Assembly (NCBI GenBank): GCA_951406725.2
Contig: OX597815.1
Coordinates: forward strand, 57,598,001 to 57,662,000
Source of the DNA: Octopus vulgaris
Lineage: Eukaryota
DNA length: 64,000 bases
Direction of reading: 5' to 3'
In this document: positions 30,034-42,859 of the stretch, piece by piece
Layout: every line of letters begins with the position of its first letter
Position numbering within the stretch: the first letter of the stretch is position 1
Made by a program: the position numbers and the translations under genes
Notes under the pieces: generated by a model
Told to the model about the DNA's origin: nothing
The model's database searches: none
The model's input: the letters and a program-made list of their open reading frames with translations, nothing else

Positions 30034-30974
30034 GTGAGTTTAATTTGAATTACTAAAAAAGGTGTCAGGTTTGTGAAAACTATGGTGTTTCGAGTGGTTG
30101 GTGTATCAGTAAGAGACTTGTCTTTTAATGTGATGGCATGAATAACGAAGTTAGTGGAATCTGGAGATGTTAGGAAAACTGTTGAGAATAATGATGATAG
30201 CATCACTGGTAATGATGGTTGTTGTTCTTGTTTAGTTTCGTTTTTCTTGTTGGTATGAATTGGATACTCACTCACAATAGCAATTTTCTAAACATTTCAA
30301 TCTTCTGTTATTTCTCTGCATAGCCTAATGTTATTAGATTTGATCGAACTATTTCCTTTCAAGTCTTCATCTTTTTTTAACTTTACTTCCTTCACTCAAT
30401 ACTTTATTTCCTCAACATTTATTCCCCTCCACTTCATATTTATACATACAAATGTCTGCATTTATCAGCACCAATCAGCCAATATCTCTGATGTTTACAT
30501 ACATACATAAACACACACACACACACACACATGTATATACATGTATGTGTGTGGGTGTATATGTTTGTGTCTACATACATATGAGTTTATATGTCTCTCT
30601 CTCAATATATGTATATCTGTTACAATGTGGTTTTGCATCTACTTTCTCAAGAGAGGAAGAAGAGAAAGAAACACAAAAAGAAAGTGAAATAGTAAGAGGA
30701 AAAGGAACTTTTTTCACTGGACACTATATCCATAATGTATATTCTGTATCAGAAATTATTTTCCCCTACTGGAAAATACTTTAGGAGTGTATAGTGTCAG
30801 GTAAAACATACAGGTCTTATAACTGAAAGGTTGTGATCTTTATATGGTTCAGTCTTGTTTGGTGCAATCTTAACCAGACTCTCACTCACAGTGATCATGA
30901 AACTCCAAATGATATTCTAGAGCAAATCTAGAAATAATGTCTTTCATAGAATTCATTTAGATGCTTTGAGTGCA

Positions 30975-31085
30975 CACGCACAGCTATGTGATTTTGAGTT
31001 CAGTCCCACTGTGTGACACCTTGAGCTAGTGTATTCTATTTTAAGTGAAGCCTGGTGACTGAATTGGTAGACAGAAACTGATAAG
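30975..31085 (+). mobile_element. Decayed fragment of the 22729-type SINE head
   Basis: gagttcagtcccactgtgtgacaccttgagctagtgt...ggtagacagaaactga. Confidence 0.55.
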
Positions 31086-33011
31086 CTCATAATACATAAC
31101 ACTAAAAAAATACCTTGGATTGAAAGAAAAGGAGCAGTAAGTCACTTGAAGGATTTCAACCATGTATTCACTATAACCCACTCTGTTATGATGCCATTAC
31201 AATTATCTTTTGCTGGATTTACAACTGTGTTAACAGAAGATTATTTTACATATTTCTTAACATTTCTATATCTTCAAATGTTAACGGTTTATTTATCCTT
31301 GATTTATCCTCTTGAATTCTCCCCACTGTCTCCAAATATCTGATTAGGTGGGTATGTCCTACACACCCATGTAATCTCTAAATAATTTCATCACAGATTT
31401 AGTAGTCAGTATTTGAGGTTGATGTAACATCAGTTGACCAAACCTTTACCCTCACTGGACCTATCATCTAATGCCTTATCACTAACCAACACACAGCCAC
31501 ATACATACTACGACACTGCTCTCCCCCCTCTCTCCACCTCTAGACCCTATAGTACTTCATGTCAGCTGACTGGTCAGAATTTTGCCAGTTTTATGCAAAT
31601 AAATCCTGGCAGCACATGTTCTTCCAAGAAGAGTTAAAGAGTTGTTAGAGGATTTTGTAGAGTAGTAGATGTAGGAAATATTAAAAGGATATTCAGCCTT
31701 GTCTATGAAATAGGTGTTGGCTAATTAGTTGAATTTGAATCATAGTAATTCTGCAAAAAGTTATTATTTCAAATACATTAAATTATTTGTATCAGAGATA
31801 CATTTTTTTTAAGTCTTAAAAATGTGCAAAAGACCCCTTACTCCTGTACCTTTTTTTTATTTAGAAAAGTTTATACAATTTTTCCTGAACTTATTCCAAG
31901 TGTAGCCATTCATATGACTTGAGATTGTTAAACTATCATCCCCATATAAGCCTGAACTGTGGGAGAGGTGGGGGGGGGGGGCTTTATAGCTGGTCATAGT
32001 CTCACGTGGTGAAACCATCTAATGTTAACTCCGTTCAGAAGGCTGGAGTAGATGTCATTCGATGAAGGAACACTGTACAATGCATTCATAGAACCATCTG
32101 TAAATTTAAATGCTTTTACTCCAGGTCACAAATATATACAAGTTGAATAATCATGGAAAGTGTTTACAAGTGAAGGCCATATTCAGCTTCTGAGTATTCT
32201 ACCTCATATCTGCTCAATGTCTGTTAGCCGTTGCATGTGTTGTGCAAAAGCTAATGAGGTCACGTCTGCACACCTTGCTGTCACGATGACAAAGAAGAAC
32301 TGAATGCCAGAACCTCAATGTTACATGTGCCACCTTGTGGTAAGCTATTTAGACAGCTACTGTCAGGGGAGGTAACTGCACCTACAGAGCCCTCCCTTAG
32401 ACCACAAACGGTTGACCAAAAGGAAGGTAGGTGAAATGTACATGTGCAATAAAAGGACACAGAAGAATGAAACATGGCAAAGCAGTTGTATGAACAATGC
32501 AAGAGTACAAATTTGGAGGAAACATGCAGAAAAAATGTCTGTTCTAGTAGAGAACAAAATATGATACACAGAATCTGAACTATGGCTGAACAATTGAAAA
32601 TACAATGCAAATATGTACAAAGAAAGAAATATTCAGCAAAGAAAGGTGTTCAATCAAACAGACGGTAGCTATCTAAAGCTTCTTTAGGGTCTCTAGGGTA
32701 AATAATCTGACTAAGTTATTTATCCTGGATCTATCTTTTTAAATTCTCACTACTTTGACTCCAAATTTCTGATAAGATGGACTTGTCCTACACACCCATG
32801 AAACTTTAAGTAATGCGAAACTAAGTAAACCTGCCAAATATGTTGAGTGCTACTTTCTTTTGTTTGTTCACTCCCTCTCCCATTCTCTCTCTCTATCTTT
32901 CTTTTCTCTCTTCTCTCTTCTTTCTCCTCTCTCTCTCTCTCTCTCACTCTCTTTCTCGCTATATTAACTGGTCACGGTCAGTGTGATATATATATGTATA
33001 TATATATATAT

Positions 33012-33357
33012 ACAATTGCAGCGTGGAAGGTGTTTATAAGCCATTTAAGAAACACACAAAAGCCGTTCGATTCACTTCAACATTTAAGTTTAATTTGTCA
33101 AAATATTTTCGTCGCTAAAATCCGCGACCTGTTCACTGACAAAGTCCGTGCTGAGATGCAGCACGGACTTTGTCAGTGAACAGGTCGCGGATTTTAGCGA
33201 CGAAAATATTTTGACAAATTAAACTTAAATGTTGAAGTGAATCGAACGGCTTTTGTGTGTTTCTTAAATGGCTTATAAACACCTTCCACACTGCAATTGT
33301 TTTCGTTTCAGCACACGATCTCAGATCAAATTACTTGCTATGCGAGTACATCTCCGT

Positions 33358-33360
<3 letters not shown>
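33012..33360. mobile_element. Near-perfect fold-back palindrome (142-bp arms, 5-nt loop, 33012-33300) plus 60-bp tail, within (TA)n
   Basis: Arms pair with one mismatch around GCTG-AGATG-CAGC; contains two opposed hammerhead-like motifs. Confidence 0.88.
33169..33218 (+). ncRNA. Hammerhead ribozyme motif with G3-C8 swapped core (mirror copy 33094-33143 on -)
   Basis: UUUGUCA-GUGAACA-G-GUCGC-GGAUUUUA-GCGAC-GAAA-AUAU-UU^UGACAAA. 7-bp helix I, 5-bp helix II, palindromic helix III AAUAUU. Confidence 0.7.
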
Positions 33361-33393
<33 letters not shown>

Positions 33394-33399
33394 CTAAAA

Positions 33400-33960
33400 G
33401 CACACAGGACTTAGACTCTCTCAAATGCCCAGGAGGTTCTCTTGAGGTAGTAGATAGTTTCTGTTACCTAGGTGATCAAATTAGCAATGGGGGTGGATGC
33501 TCTGAAAGTATTGTTTTTAGAATATGAATTGAATGGAGAAAGTTCAGAGAGCTACTACCACTGTTGGCAAGAAAAGGACTCTCTCTCAGAGTGAAAAGTA
33601 GATTGTATGATGCTTGTGTATAAACAGCTATACTCCATTGTAGTGAATTTTGAATGCAGAGGACATATATGGACTAGAGAGAAATGAAGGTAGTATGCTC
33701 CACTGGATGTGCAGTATCAATGTGCATGAACTACAAAGCACAACTGTGTTGAGAGAAAATTTGGATGTAAGAGAAATCAAATGCAGCATGCAAGAGAGCA
33801 GACTACGTTGATTTAGACATGTGATGTAGACAGTTGTATAAAGAAGTGCCAGTCACTGAAATTGGATGACACCTGTGGAAGAGTGAGTTCCAGGAAAACA
33901 TGGGATGAAATGGTGAGGACTGATCTCAGGATGTTGGGACTCACAGTGGAAATGACACTG
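33400..33960 (+). mobile_element. Decayed RTE family A fragment (RT C-terminus)
   Basis: LEVVDSFCYLGDQ, RLYDACV, GRVSSRKTWDEMV. Confidence 0.75.
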
Positions 33961-34605
33961 CTCATGTCAGTGAACATGAGTTCTAGAAGCGTTGTGTCCC
34001 ACCCACACATAACAATAAAACTTTCACACACCCTACACCAACAAACGAAACTACACCCACTCCCTCTTCCTAAACTGTTTCTCTTCTCTTCCTCACATTT
34101 CCTTTTCATACACTGTAACTACCTTCCACTCCCCAATCCAGTCCAGCTACTCTGCTCACTGTATCATTGCTTCCCCTGTCCCCCTCCCCCTCTGTATACC
34201 CAAGATTCTCACCAGTCACTGCATCACCCCACCCCCACTCATAACTTCTTGGTGATACCCTGCCAGCACCTGCCACCATTCATTTCCCTCTTCCTTGCTC
34301 TACCATCTCATCTATGCCCTGGTCCCCATTCCTTGCAAGTATATCCTGGCACTTACTGCTCTTGCTGTCTTCTACTCTCTCCCTTTCCCTTGCTTTCTCC
34401 TTTGGCTGAATAATCATGTATCTCTTCTGCAGCAACAAACTGTTTCTGCCTTCATTCTTGGTCACTCTCTCTTCCTTCTTTCCCTTGCTTTTACTTATGG
34501 CTAGGTAACCATGTGTCTCCTTTACAACAGCACACTTCTTTCTTGTTAACTCCTACTCTCTCTAGGTAACTGCTTCTGCCCTCATTCTTATTAACACTCA
34601 CTCTC

Positions 34606-34643
<38 letters not shown>

Positions 34644-34779
34644 CTGGGTTGGGTAACCAGGAAACTCTTCCAAAGCAAGACATCTGCTTCTGCCTCTAAT
34701 TGTCACACTCTAATTGTTCATCATCTGACACAAAATCACCTGCTCCACTGCCCACTCCCCTCTCAAATACACTTTGTTT

Positions 34780-35106
34780 TCCAAAGTCACTTGGTGACTC
34801 CACCAGTGCAGGTTTCACTTTAAAAGCACCCAATCCACACTGTAAAGTGGTTGGCATTTGGAAGGGCATCCAGCTGTAAAAGTCTCATCAAAACTGACCT
34901 TGTCTGTGTGAGTGCCACATAAAAAGCACTCGGCTGACTCTATAGAGTGGTTGGTGTTAGGAAGGACATCCAGCTATAAGAAAACTATGCCAAAACAGAC
35001 ACAGAAGCATGGCGTAGACTCCTGCTTGGGCAGCTCCTATCAAATCATCCAACCCATGCCAGCATGGAGGGAGGACATTAAATAACGACGATGACGATGA
35101 TGATGG

Positions 35107-35140
<34 letters not shown>
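34780..35140 (+). mobile_element. RTE family A-related 3' end with long (GAT)n tail
   Basis: aaaagcacc...gtggttggcatttggaagggcatccagctgta (twice)...ccaacccatgccagcatgga...(GAT)n. Confidence 0.7.
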
Positions 35141-35142
<2 letters not shown>

Positions 35143-35420
35143 ATGTATAACAGACAAAAAGGGAATGGAAAACCCTGGCAGATATCAACAAAGTATTCAG
35201 TATTAAAAGAATATGATTAACAATATTCAACATTTAGACACCAAGTAGAATACAGATCCCAGGTAAATCCTCATACATGACAGGTAAATCCAAATATCTT
35301 TTGACAGAATTTCAAAAAATTCAGAGTATTTGACAACAAAAAATACGTATAGAGAAAATTACATCTTTATTGTAGATCTCACCTTACAAAGCCAACAATT
35401 GATTCTATTGCATTAGCATT

Positions 35421-35468
<48 letters not shown>

Positions 35469-35639
35469 CATGCATACATTTATATATGTATAGAAAATAT
35501 CATTAAAATTAATACTTATATTTCTGAAAAAAATATGTTAATGCAAGTTATCAAAGCAATCCAAAATAAGTGAAATTCGAATTGAACATATGAAATATTA
35601 AATACTACCAATATACAAACACCTACAAAATGAATGCTT

Positions 35640-36530
35640 AAAGGGAATTCAATTTTAAGACATTGTTGTATTCAACTAATGATGACATCAGTGTATAACA
35701 AAAGAATTTATAAAAATAAAAAATAAATGTATTTAAGAAAGGTCATTTTTATATTCAGCTATTGATGAAATCAGTGGATAACAAAATAATAAAAAAAACA
35801 TAAGAGTTCTACATTACAATGATAAGAAACATAGAAAAATATAATCTAAAAAAAGGCCATTCTTGTATTGTTGACATCACTGGATAACTAAAGAATAAAA
35901 GATAAATGTAAGAATTCTATGTTACAATTATTAGAAACAGAAATTTTACATCACCACAATTAGTTATCTACTTAGTAAATGTATTAAACCTTTTAGAAGA
36001 ATTAATTTATTATATAATGTATGAAAAGCTATTATAATTAAGAATTGAAATATTTGAATGTCTTTCTAAATTTATGGCAACATCTTATCGTGAAGCTCAT
36101 TAAAATTCAATAAAATTATTTTAGAAGTAATTATATAATACATTTCTTCAAGGCAAAGATCACATATAGAATTACCAATATTATACAATGGAGCATAACT
36201 AATAATTGGACGACTTGAAATCATACTTAATGTTCCTATCTTTTAAATCCCAAATGCATATACTAAGATTTGTAGAATTACTTTTTCTTCTTAAATGAAT
36301 GAGAATGATTATGAAATGTAGATTTCAAAATTGTAGCAGATGAACCAGTGTAATGATATTTATGATCCCCTGTTATTACCTTGCACTGATAGACTATATT
36401 TTCCGTTAAACACTGATTTTCTAAATGATATATTTTCTTTTTACAATTACATAGGTATTTATTCACTTGTATTAGGTACTCATAGTTAAAAGGATTTCTA
36501 CTAGTTTTCCTCTCCAAATTAGGCATTAAG
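35640..36530 (-). mobile_element. Decayed Penelope-like GIY-YIG (same type as 259-936), followed by three imperfect ~90-115 bp tandem units
   Basis: ORF 36278..36526: CNCKKK...NQCLTENIVYQCKV...YTGSS...FHNHSHSF. Units containing tgacatcagtggataac at ~35680, ~35765 and ~35872. Confidence 0.7.
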
Positions 36531-36599
36531 TTGAGATTATTATTATTACAATTAATATTGTAATAATGAAGCCCTGTTCATTGTGCAACAACATGAGTG

Positions 36600-38055
36600 A
36601 AGTGAATTCCATCAGAAATCATAACAGAAGTTGGAACATGTAAAGATTCCCATTTGGTGTACGCTGCAGAATGCACAAAACACAACTTAATTTATGTTGG
36701 TTGCACAACAGAACAATTAAGCAAAAGGCTTAATGGGCACAGATTCGACATCAGGCACAATAACAGTAGTTCGACAGAACTTGCTGAACATTTCGTTTCA
36801 AGCAGCTGCAATTTTGAAGGAGACTTGAAAATGCATATTCTCAGAAAATATTCTGAATCTGCTTCACTTTAACTTCTCAGAATGTATGAGGAGAAATATG
36901 TTTGTGGGTTAACATCACGCCCTGGATGAATGAATAAGATGAAAGGAAAAATCATCAAATTTATACAAAGCTGTTTGATTAAATATTCTTCTTTCTCTCT
37001 TTTTCTTTCCTTTTTTTCTGTTGTCTTCTTTTTTCTGTTTTTTTCTCTCTTTTTCTTTTCACCTGTTATAAAATTGTAACTTGATGTCATTCCATTAACA
37101 TGTGAACGCTGGTTGCTCTTGTTTACACTTTACGTTTAAATTTCCCACCTTCACTGTGAACAGGAATTAATCTTTTCTCTTTGTACCATATAGGTCAACT
37201 CACTACCTCTCTTCATCTGACACCAACCCCACACAGATTCCCACACACCTCCTACATTCAAATGCCACCTCTACCTACACACCTGCATACCACATCCACA
37301 AACACCTCACTCCACACACACCAGTACTAAACACTTTTCAGCACCCACACCATACACCATTATTCATACACCCACACACAATCTTCAATAGCATCACCAC
37401 ACATATCACTATATAGGCTGCCCCACACACTGTTTGACTCAGTACACACACCACACACCATCATGCACACTCCCACACTAATGCAAGAACTTAATACCTC
37501 AACACAGACAATATATACACACACATGTGACACACATAGACATAGATAACTTTCACTTGCAAACACACTATATACATGCATACTATTAGTCACAGACAGA
37601 CAGACACACACATATGTGCACACCACCTGATCAAGCACATATTAACTGCTACCCACACATTAGCCTCACATATACACACATCCATCCACACATACTCACC
37701 AACACATGTACTCACACACTCACTCCCATTCACACAAACACACTCACACACCATTCTTACATACACTCATGTGCTTGTGCCCTTTAGTTCCTTGAGGTCA
37801 CTGTTATCGTTATTATTATTGTTATCCCCCTTTCATTGAGCGGATCATCTTGTCACGTTGGACTGTTGAACTCTGCACATTTTTTTCTCTCCATTTCTTT
37901 TCATTCTCTCTCTGTTTTTTTACTTCTTATTCATTTCTGTCAAAGAGCAGAGGCTTGAAACACAAAAGACTTTTCCATTCTTAAACTAATACACCTCCTT
38001 GTTGTTCCGACACCTCTCTTTTGTCTTTTGTTTTCTGTAAACTTGAACTATATAA
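36600..38055 (+). mobile_element. Decayed Neptune-like PLE: GIY-YIG, CA-rich tract, degenerate hammerhead (~37934-37968)
   Basis: VYAAECTKHNLIYVGCTTEQLSKRLNGHR...LAEHF; tttctgtcaaagagcagaggcttgaaacacaaaag. Confidence 0.65.
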
Positions 38056-38149
38056 TGATTTTTTCTTCAATATATATATGGATAGTTTATCCTGTTCACG
38101 TTATTGTATTAGCATTATCATGCGTTTGAGAATGAATTATTTCTGTATT

Positions 38150-38498
38150 TATATATCATCATTTGACATCCGCTTTCCATGCTGGCTTGGATTGGACAGT
38201 TTGACTGAGGACTGGTGAGCCAGAAGGCTGCACCAGGTTCCAATCTGATCTGGCAAAGTTTCTACAGCTGGATGCCCTTCCTAACACCAACCACTCTGAG
38301 AGTGTATGGGTGCTTTTATGTGCCACTGGCACGAGGGCCAGTCAGGCGGTTCTGGCAACGACCATGCTCAAATGGTGTTTTTTATGTGCCACCTGCATAA
38401 GAGTCAGTCTGGCAGCACTGGCAATGACCATGCTCAAATGTTGTTTTTCACATGCCACCGGCACAGGTGCCAGTAAGGTGACGCTGGCAATGATCATG

Positions 38499-38500
<2 letters not shown>
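38150..38500 (-). mobile_element. RTE family A 3' UTR fragment
   Basis: Reverse complement of the gtggcac..aaaagcacc units and the ttaggaagggcatccagctgtag end. Confidence 0.75.
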
Positions 38501-38535
<35 letters not shown>

Positions 38536-38643
38536 CAGGCTTCTTTCAATTTCCATCAGCCAAACCCACTCCCAAGGCTATAGGAGAAGACACTTGTCCT
38601 CTCTCTCTCTCATATATATATATGTGTGTGTGTGTGTGTATGT

Positions 38644-39013
38644 GGAGGTGCAATGGCCCAGTGGTTAGGGCAGTGGACTTGCAGTCGTAGTATTTCAGTT
38701 TTGATTCCCAGACCAGGCATTGTGAATGTTTATTGAGCGAAAACACCTAAAGCTCCATGAGGCTCCGGCAGGGGTGGGGGCGAACCCTGCTGTATTCTTT
38801 TACCACATCTTTCTCTCGCTCTGTCTCCCTATTTCTGTTGTACCTTTATTTCAAAGGGCCAGCCATGTCACACTCTGTGTCACGCTGAATATCCCTGAGA
38901 ACTACGTTAAGGGCATACGTGTCTATGGAGTGCTCAGCCACTTGCACATTAATTTCACGAGCAGCCTGTTCCATTGATCAGATCAACTGGAACCCTTGTC
39001 ATTGGAACTGATG
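38644..39013 (+). mobile_element. tRNA-derived SINE (second family)
   Basis: TGGCCCAGTGGTTAGGGCAG...TTGATTCCCAGACC head; shares gagcgaaaacacctaaagctcca with the 45288 copy. Confidence 0.7.
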
Positions 39014-39808
39014 AATATATATATATAATGTGTGTATGTATATATCATATAATAATGGAGCAAGAAAGAGAGCATGAAGCATGATCCTACAATCCTATGT
39101 AGTCAAAACTTTAGGAATGCACTGTTCAGTTTAAAACAAACAGTATAATATCATTAATTCCAATTTGAATATATCTTTATAAGAATTTAATTCCTATTCT
39201 TTATTTTGAAAGCTTCAATGTGGCTGTCATCCTGTTTCAATAGATCAAGCAATGACATATTCACTGCAATGCGTACTTCCTGTCTAATCCCATTTTGTGG
39301 AAGTTACTATAAATTTTTGTGTCATTTTTTAACCCCCCAAAAAGCCTTTTGGATTTCTGTTTTCAACAATTTTGATTTCTAGTTTTTGTCTTACTTTCCA
39401 TGATATTTTGGTGCATAAATGAAGTATTGCTTACTATAGTGAGAACCATTTCTTTTTAAAAGCAAACGTATTATGGGAGAAAAATAAACATTTAGGTAAT
39501 TAAAAAATAAACTGTTTTTGAAGAATGGTAATTTCCTTGAGTGCATGGATTCATCATATGCAGATATGCTACATTCCATTACTCATAAATGAGTAATAGA
39601 ATGGCTCATTGTACTTACACACATATGATTGGGATCAGAAATCATCTACTTTTTATCCCCTAAAGATTTACTTAGTTTTTATATTCTGTTCAACACAATA
39701 TAAGTTTCCTAGTTTCTTGGTGCAAGACATTATTTATTTTCAAATTCAGACTTCACAACTAATTAAACATGTCATTAATTGATATGAAATAAAACTCTAA
39801 TTTTTCAG

Positions 39809-39920
39809 CTATAATGATGGAATGGTTGAGGTATTTGGGTTACACTCCTCCTTCCATGTTGCTCAACTCCAAGTTGGTATGATACCTCCTATTCGTATTG
39901 GACAGGCAAGCAGAATAAAG
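39809..39920 (+). CDS. DGKE: Diacylglycerol kinase epsilon-like, penultimate coding exon
   Basis: ctctaatttttcAG acceptor, GTAAGT donor. Completes the split codon AG+C, then YNDGMVEVFGLHSSFHVAQLQVGMIPPIRIGQASRIK. 112 nt, ends in phase 0. Confidence 0.92.
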
Positions 39921-40063
39921 GTAAGTGAAAGAAACATGTTCCATGGTAAAAATGACTGACATTTTTCACTCAATTTTCATGTTTCTCAAAAGAGAGAGTA
40001 AAAGAAAAAAGTATAAGGAAAGCTTTGAGATGAATTTACAGGCTTTTGTAGCTTAAATGATAA

Positions 40064-40064
<1 letters not shown>

Positions 40065-40116
<52 letters not shown>

Positions 40117-40920
40117 TGTTATCATTATTCCTTCCTTCATAACACAGTGTAGGTAAAAATGCACCGGAGTCTTTAATCATCTGTCAAGACACAAGGACCT
40201 CAGATAGATAATACTTTCCTTAAGATGTGTGCTGTGCCTAATAAGGCTGCTTTTTGCAAGACATCAATCTTGCATGGGATTTCCAGTTGCCTTATGAAGT
40301 CTTGAAGTTTCAATGAGATTGAGCCCAACACTCTGCTCACCACTGGTATCACTTTTACATTGCCCTCTTGCATCCTATACAGTTTTGCCTTTCTCCTTTC
40401 ATTTCAGAGTACTTAGTGATTTTTTCCATCTCTTTACTCACAACATTCATGTAATTTTGTATGGCTACATCAATGATCTGACAGTATTTGACTCTCTTAT
40501 TCAATATGACAATATCCTGCCAACAGTGTTCGATTACAAGATCCGTCTGAAAATCATAGTCCTAGAGTATTGTTACTTTTCCATCCTCCTGCATAAACAA
40601 TAATAGAAATCCTATAACAAGGCTCATTATAGTTCTGTGAATATATCATTAGAGACATTTCACCTTGTTTTCTAAAGAGTTTATTTGAAACTGGACAAAA
40701 AGTTGTTGGACAAAAAAGTCATCAGACAAAAATATGTTAGGCCAAAAGATATGGATAAAAAGACACTTGACGAAGTGACATCAGACAAAAAGACATAGCA
40801 CCTTCTGAAAGTACCTTCATACCTGTAGAATTCATCTTGATCCCTTTGTAGTATTTGCCAGGCCAAAGATTTCTGTGTTATCCTTGATAGTTCCTGGCAC
40901 AAAAGTCCTTTGGATTAGCC
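40065..40920 (-). mobile_element. R4/Dong-like RLE LINE remnant ending at an (AAT)n tract
   Basis: Minus frame ...LGSISLKLQDFIRQLEIPCKIDVLQKAALLGTAHILRKVL; (TTA)n at ~40065-40115. Confidence 0.6.
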
Positions 40921-41299
40921 AGTTCATTTTCTCTGATTCTCGGAGCAAGGAAGAGTAATGATGTTCTTCCATCTCACTGACCATCTATAAATTGCCCTTC
41001 ACTAATCTCATTGCCTGACTGGTAGACAATGTGTGCCTGACAACATTCCACACACCAGACTCCTATTCTAGATCCTTGCTTAATCTAATCCTCACTGTCC
41101 AGAAATCTTTGTAGGTGGTCAGGGGATAAATAACAGCTGAGGTAACGTAGACATATGCTACTCTACCCAACCTTTCACCGATAGCTTCCTTTAGGTTCAT
41201 TTCTGAGTAAGATTAGACACCTATCATGCCCAATTCTGGTTTAGCTGAAGACTGTGACCAAACCAAACCTTCAGTAGCATTAACAATCCATTGGTCCAA

Positions 41300-41620
41300 T
41301 ATCCTGTGATACTCTCAGATGACATGAATTTGCCTCTCCAGGTGCTGAGCTGCAAACCCACTGATTTTTGCCCCTGCCACCATCTCAAATTCCTTTAGAA
41401 GGGTAATGATTACTTTCATCTCAGTGGCATCTGATTCCATGACAGTAAGCACTCCCAGGTCCCTGTCTAAAAGGACACTCTTCAACCATTCCAGCTTTTG
41501 TAGCATTGACTCAAGAACCAACAGAAACAGATGTGAATGGGGGGGGGATAGTCCTGATAAACTGAGCACATGATGTAAAATGACCCCAAGATCAGTGGAT
41601 CTTGGGGTCATTTTATATTG
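41300..41620 (-). mobile_element. Decayed L1/Tx1-like RT fragment
   Basis: ..SPPHSHLFLLVLE.. and ..FEMVAGAKI.. resemble L1-clade RT motifs. Confidence 0.35.
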
Positions 41621-41639
41621 TAATGGCTTCTAAATAATA

Positions 41640-42280
41640 ATGGTCAACACTCTCCAAAGTTTTTGACTAATTTACAATTTTTAGCTAGTTTTTCTGTGAA
41701 CATAACTGACGTGTTAGGATTGGCAGGTATTGTCATACCAATCAGCATAAAGGTTTTATCTTTATGGCTTTTAATTATGATATCTGGCGTGTTTGCTTTG
41801 ATTCTACTGCCTGACTGCACTGACATAGCCTAAAGGACAGTAACATTATCATTCTTGGTAACTGTTTTTGATTTGTGGTCCTGCCATCTTTTTAGAGATT
41901 TTAATGCTCAATTTCTTGCAGGTTTTCCAGTATAGGTATACCACTGTCTTGTGACATTAGATAATTTGCTTTTTCCCCAATGCTGAGGAGTCAGCGATGA
42001 TGTGTATGGCAGGTTCCACATGTCCTACCCATTTAGTCCTCTCATCTTTGAGAATGCAATGCTGCTATGACTTGTGACTAAGACTTTGATCTTGGCAGTA
42101 ACAATAAAGTTGTCTGTCTCTACCTTGAATCCAATACCTTCAAGACATTGATTTGTCTGTTGTCAGTCAACTTCTGCCTCTTTATGACATTCTGGATATC
42201 TACCATGAATTTTTTGTTTTCAGTTCGTCCTTATTTGGTGGGGGCCATGCTACTTGGCATTTTTTCTCCAACTTGGGAGA
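41640..42280 (-). mobile_element. Second R4/Dong-like remnant (restriction-like endonuclease region)
   Basis: NTPDIIIK....FMLIGMTIP (PD..D-type RLE), with decayed upstream motifs. Confidence 0.55.
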
Positions 42281-42470
42281 CAAGAGATATCAATGCTACA
42301 TTTTTATTTTGTGTAAATTCAGAGGATGAGGAGGGGGATGACAGTGATGACAATTCAAAAATGTTCTGTTTTTTTCCATGATCAGAAATAACTTTCTCCT
42401 ACTTTCCCCTTGGAAAACTACAACTATAAAATGTTGTTGTTGTTATTATTATTATTTTCTCTATTTACAG

Positions 42471-42584
42471 ATTACATTAAACTGTACAGCACCAATGCAA
42501 GTTGATGGTGAACCCTGGCTCCAACAACCTGTGGAGATGACTGTCACCCACCGTAGTAAAGCTACTATGTTGTCTCTTTGCTGA
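42471..42584 (+). CDS. DGKE: Diacylglycerol kinase epsilon-like, last coding exon
   Basis: ttttctctatttacAG acceptor; ITLNCTAPMQVDGEPWLQQPVEMTVTHRSKATMLSLC*. PMQVDGEPW is the DGK accessory-domain signature, and the protein ends right after it, as in the epsilon type. Confidence 0.93.
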   Translation: MTLNCTAPMQVDGEPWLQQPVEMTVTHRSKATMLSLC

Positions 42585-42692
42585 ATATCTGCTATATATA
42601 CTGACAAAAAAAGAAAAACACACACACATATATATATATATATATATTACAGTGTAGAAATCTACAATAACAGGAGGGCTTTCATATATATG

Positions 42693-42745
<53 letters not shown>

Positions 42746-42859
42746 AATTATCTTTATATGTACATACATATACAGACATATGCACACACAAACACACACA
42801 CTTTTTTCTCCAGCTTCTGCCATCACAAAATACTCTTAACTAATATTTATTTCTTTGTT

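Noticed and set aside
42378-42470. N-terminal part of ORF 42378..42584
   Set aside because: Intronic low-complexity sequence upstream of the acceptor at 42470.
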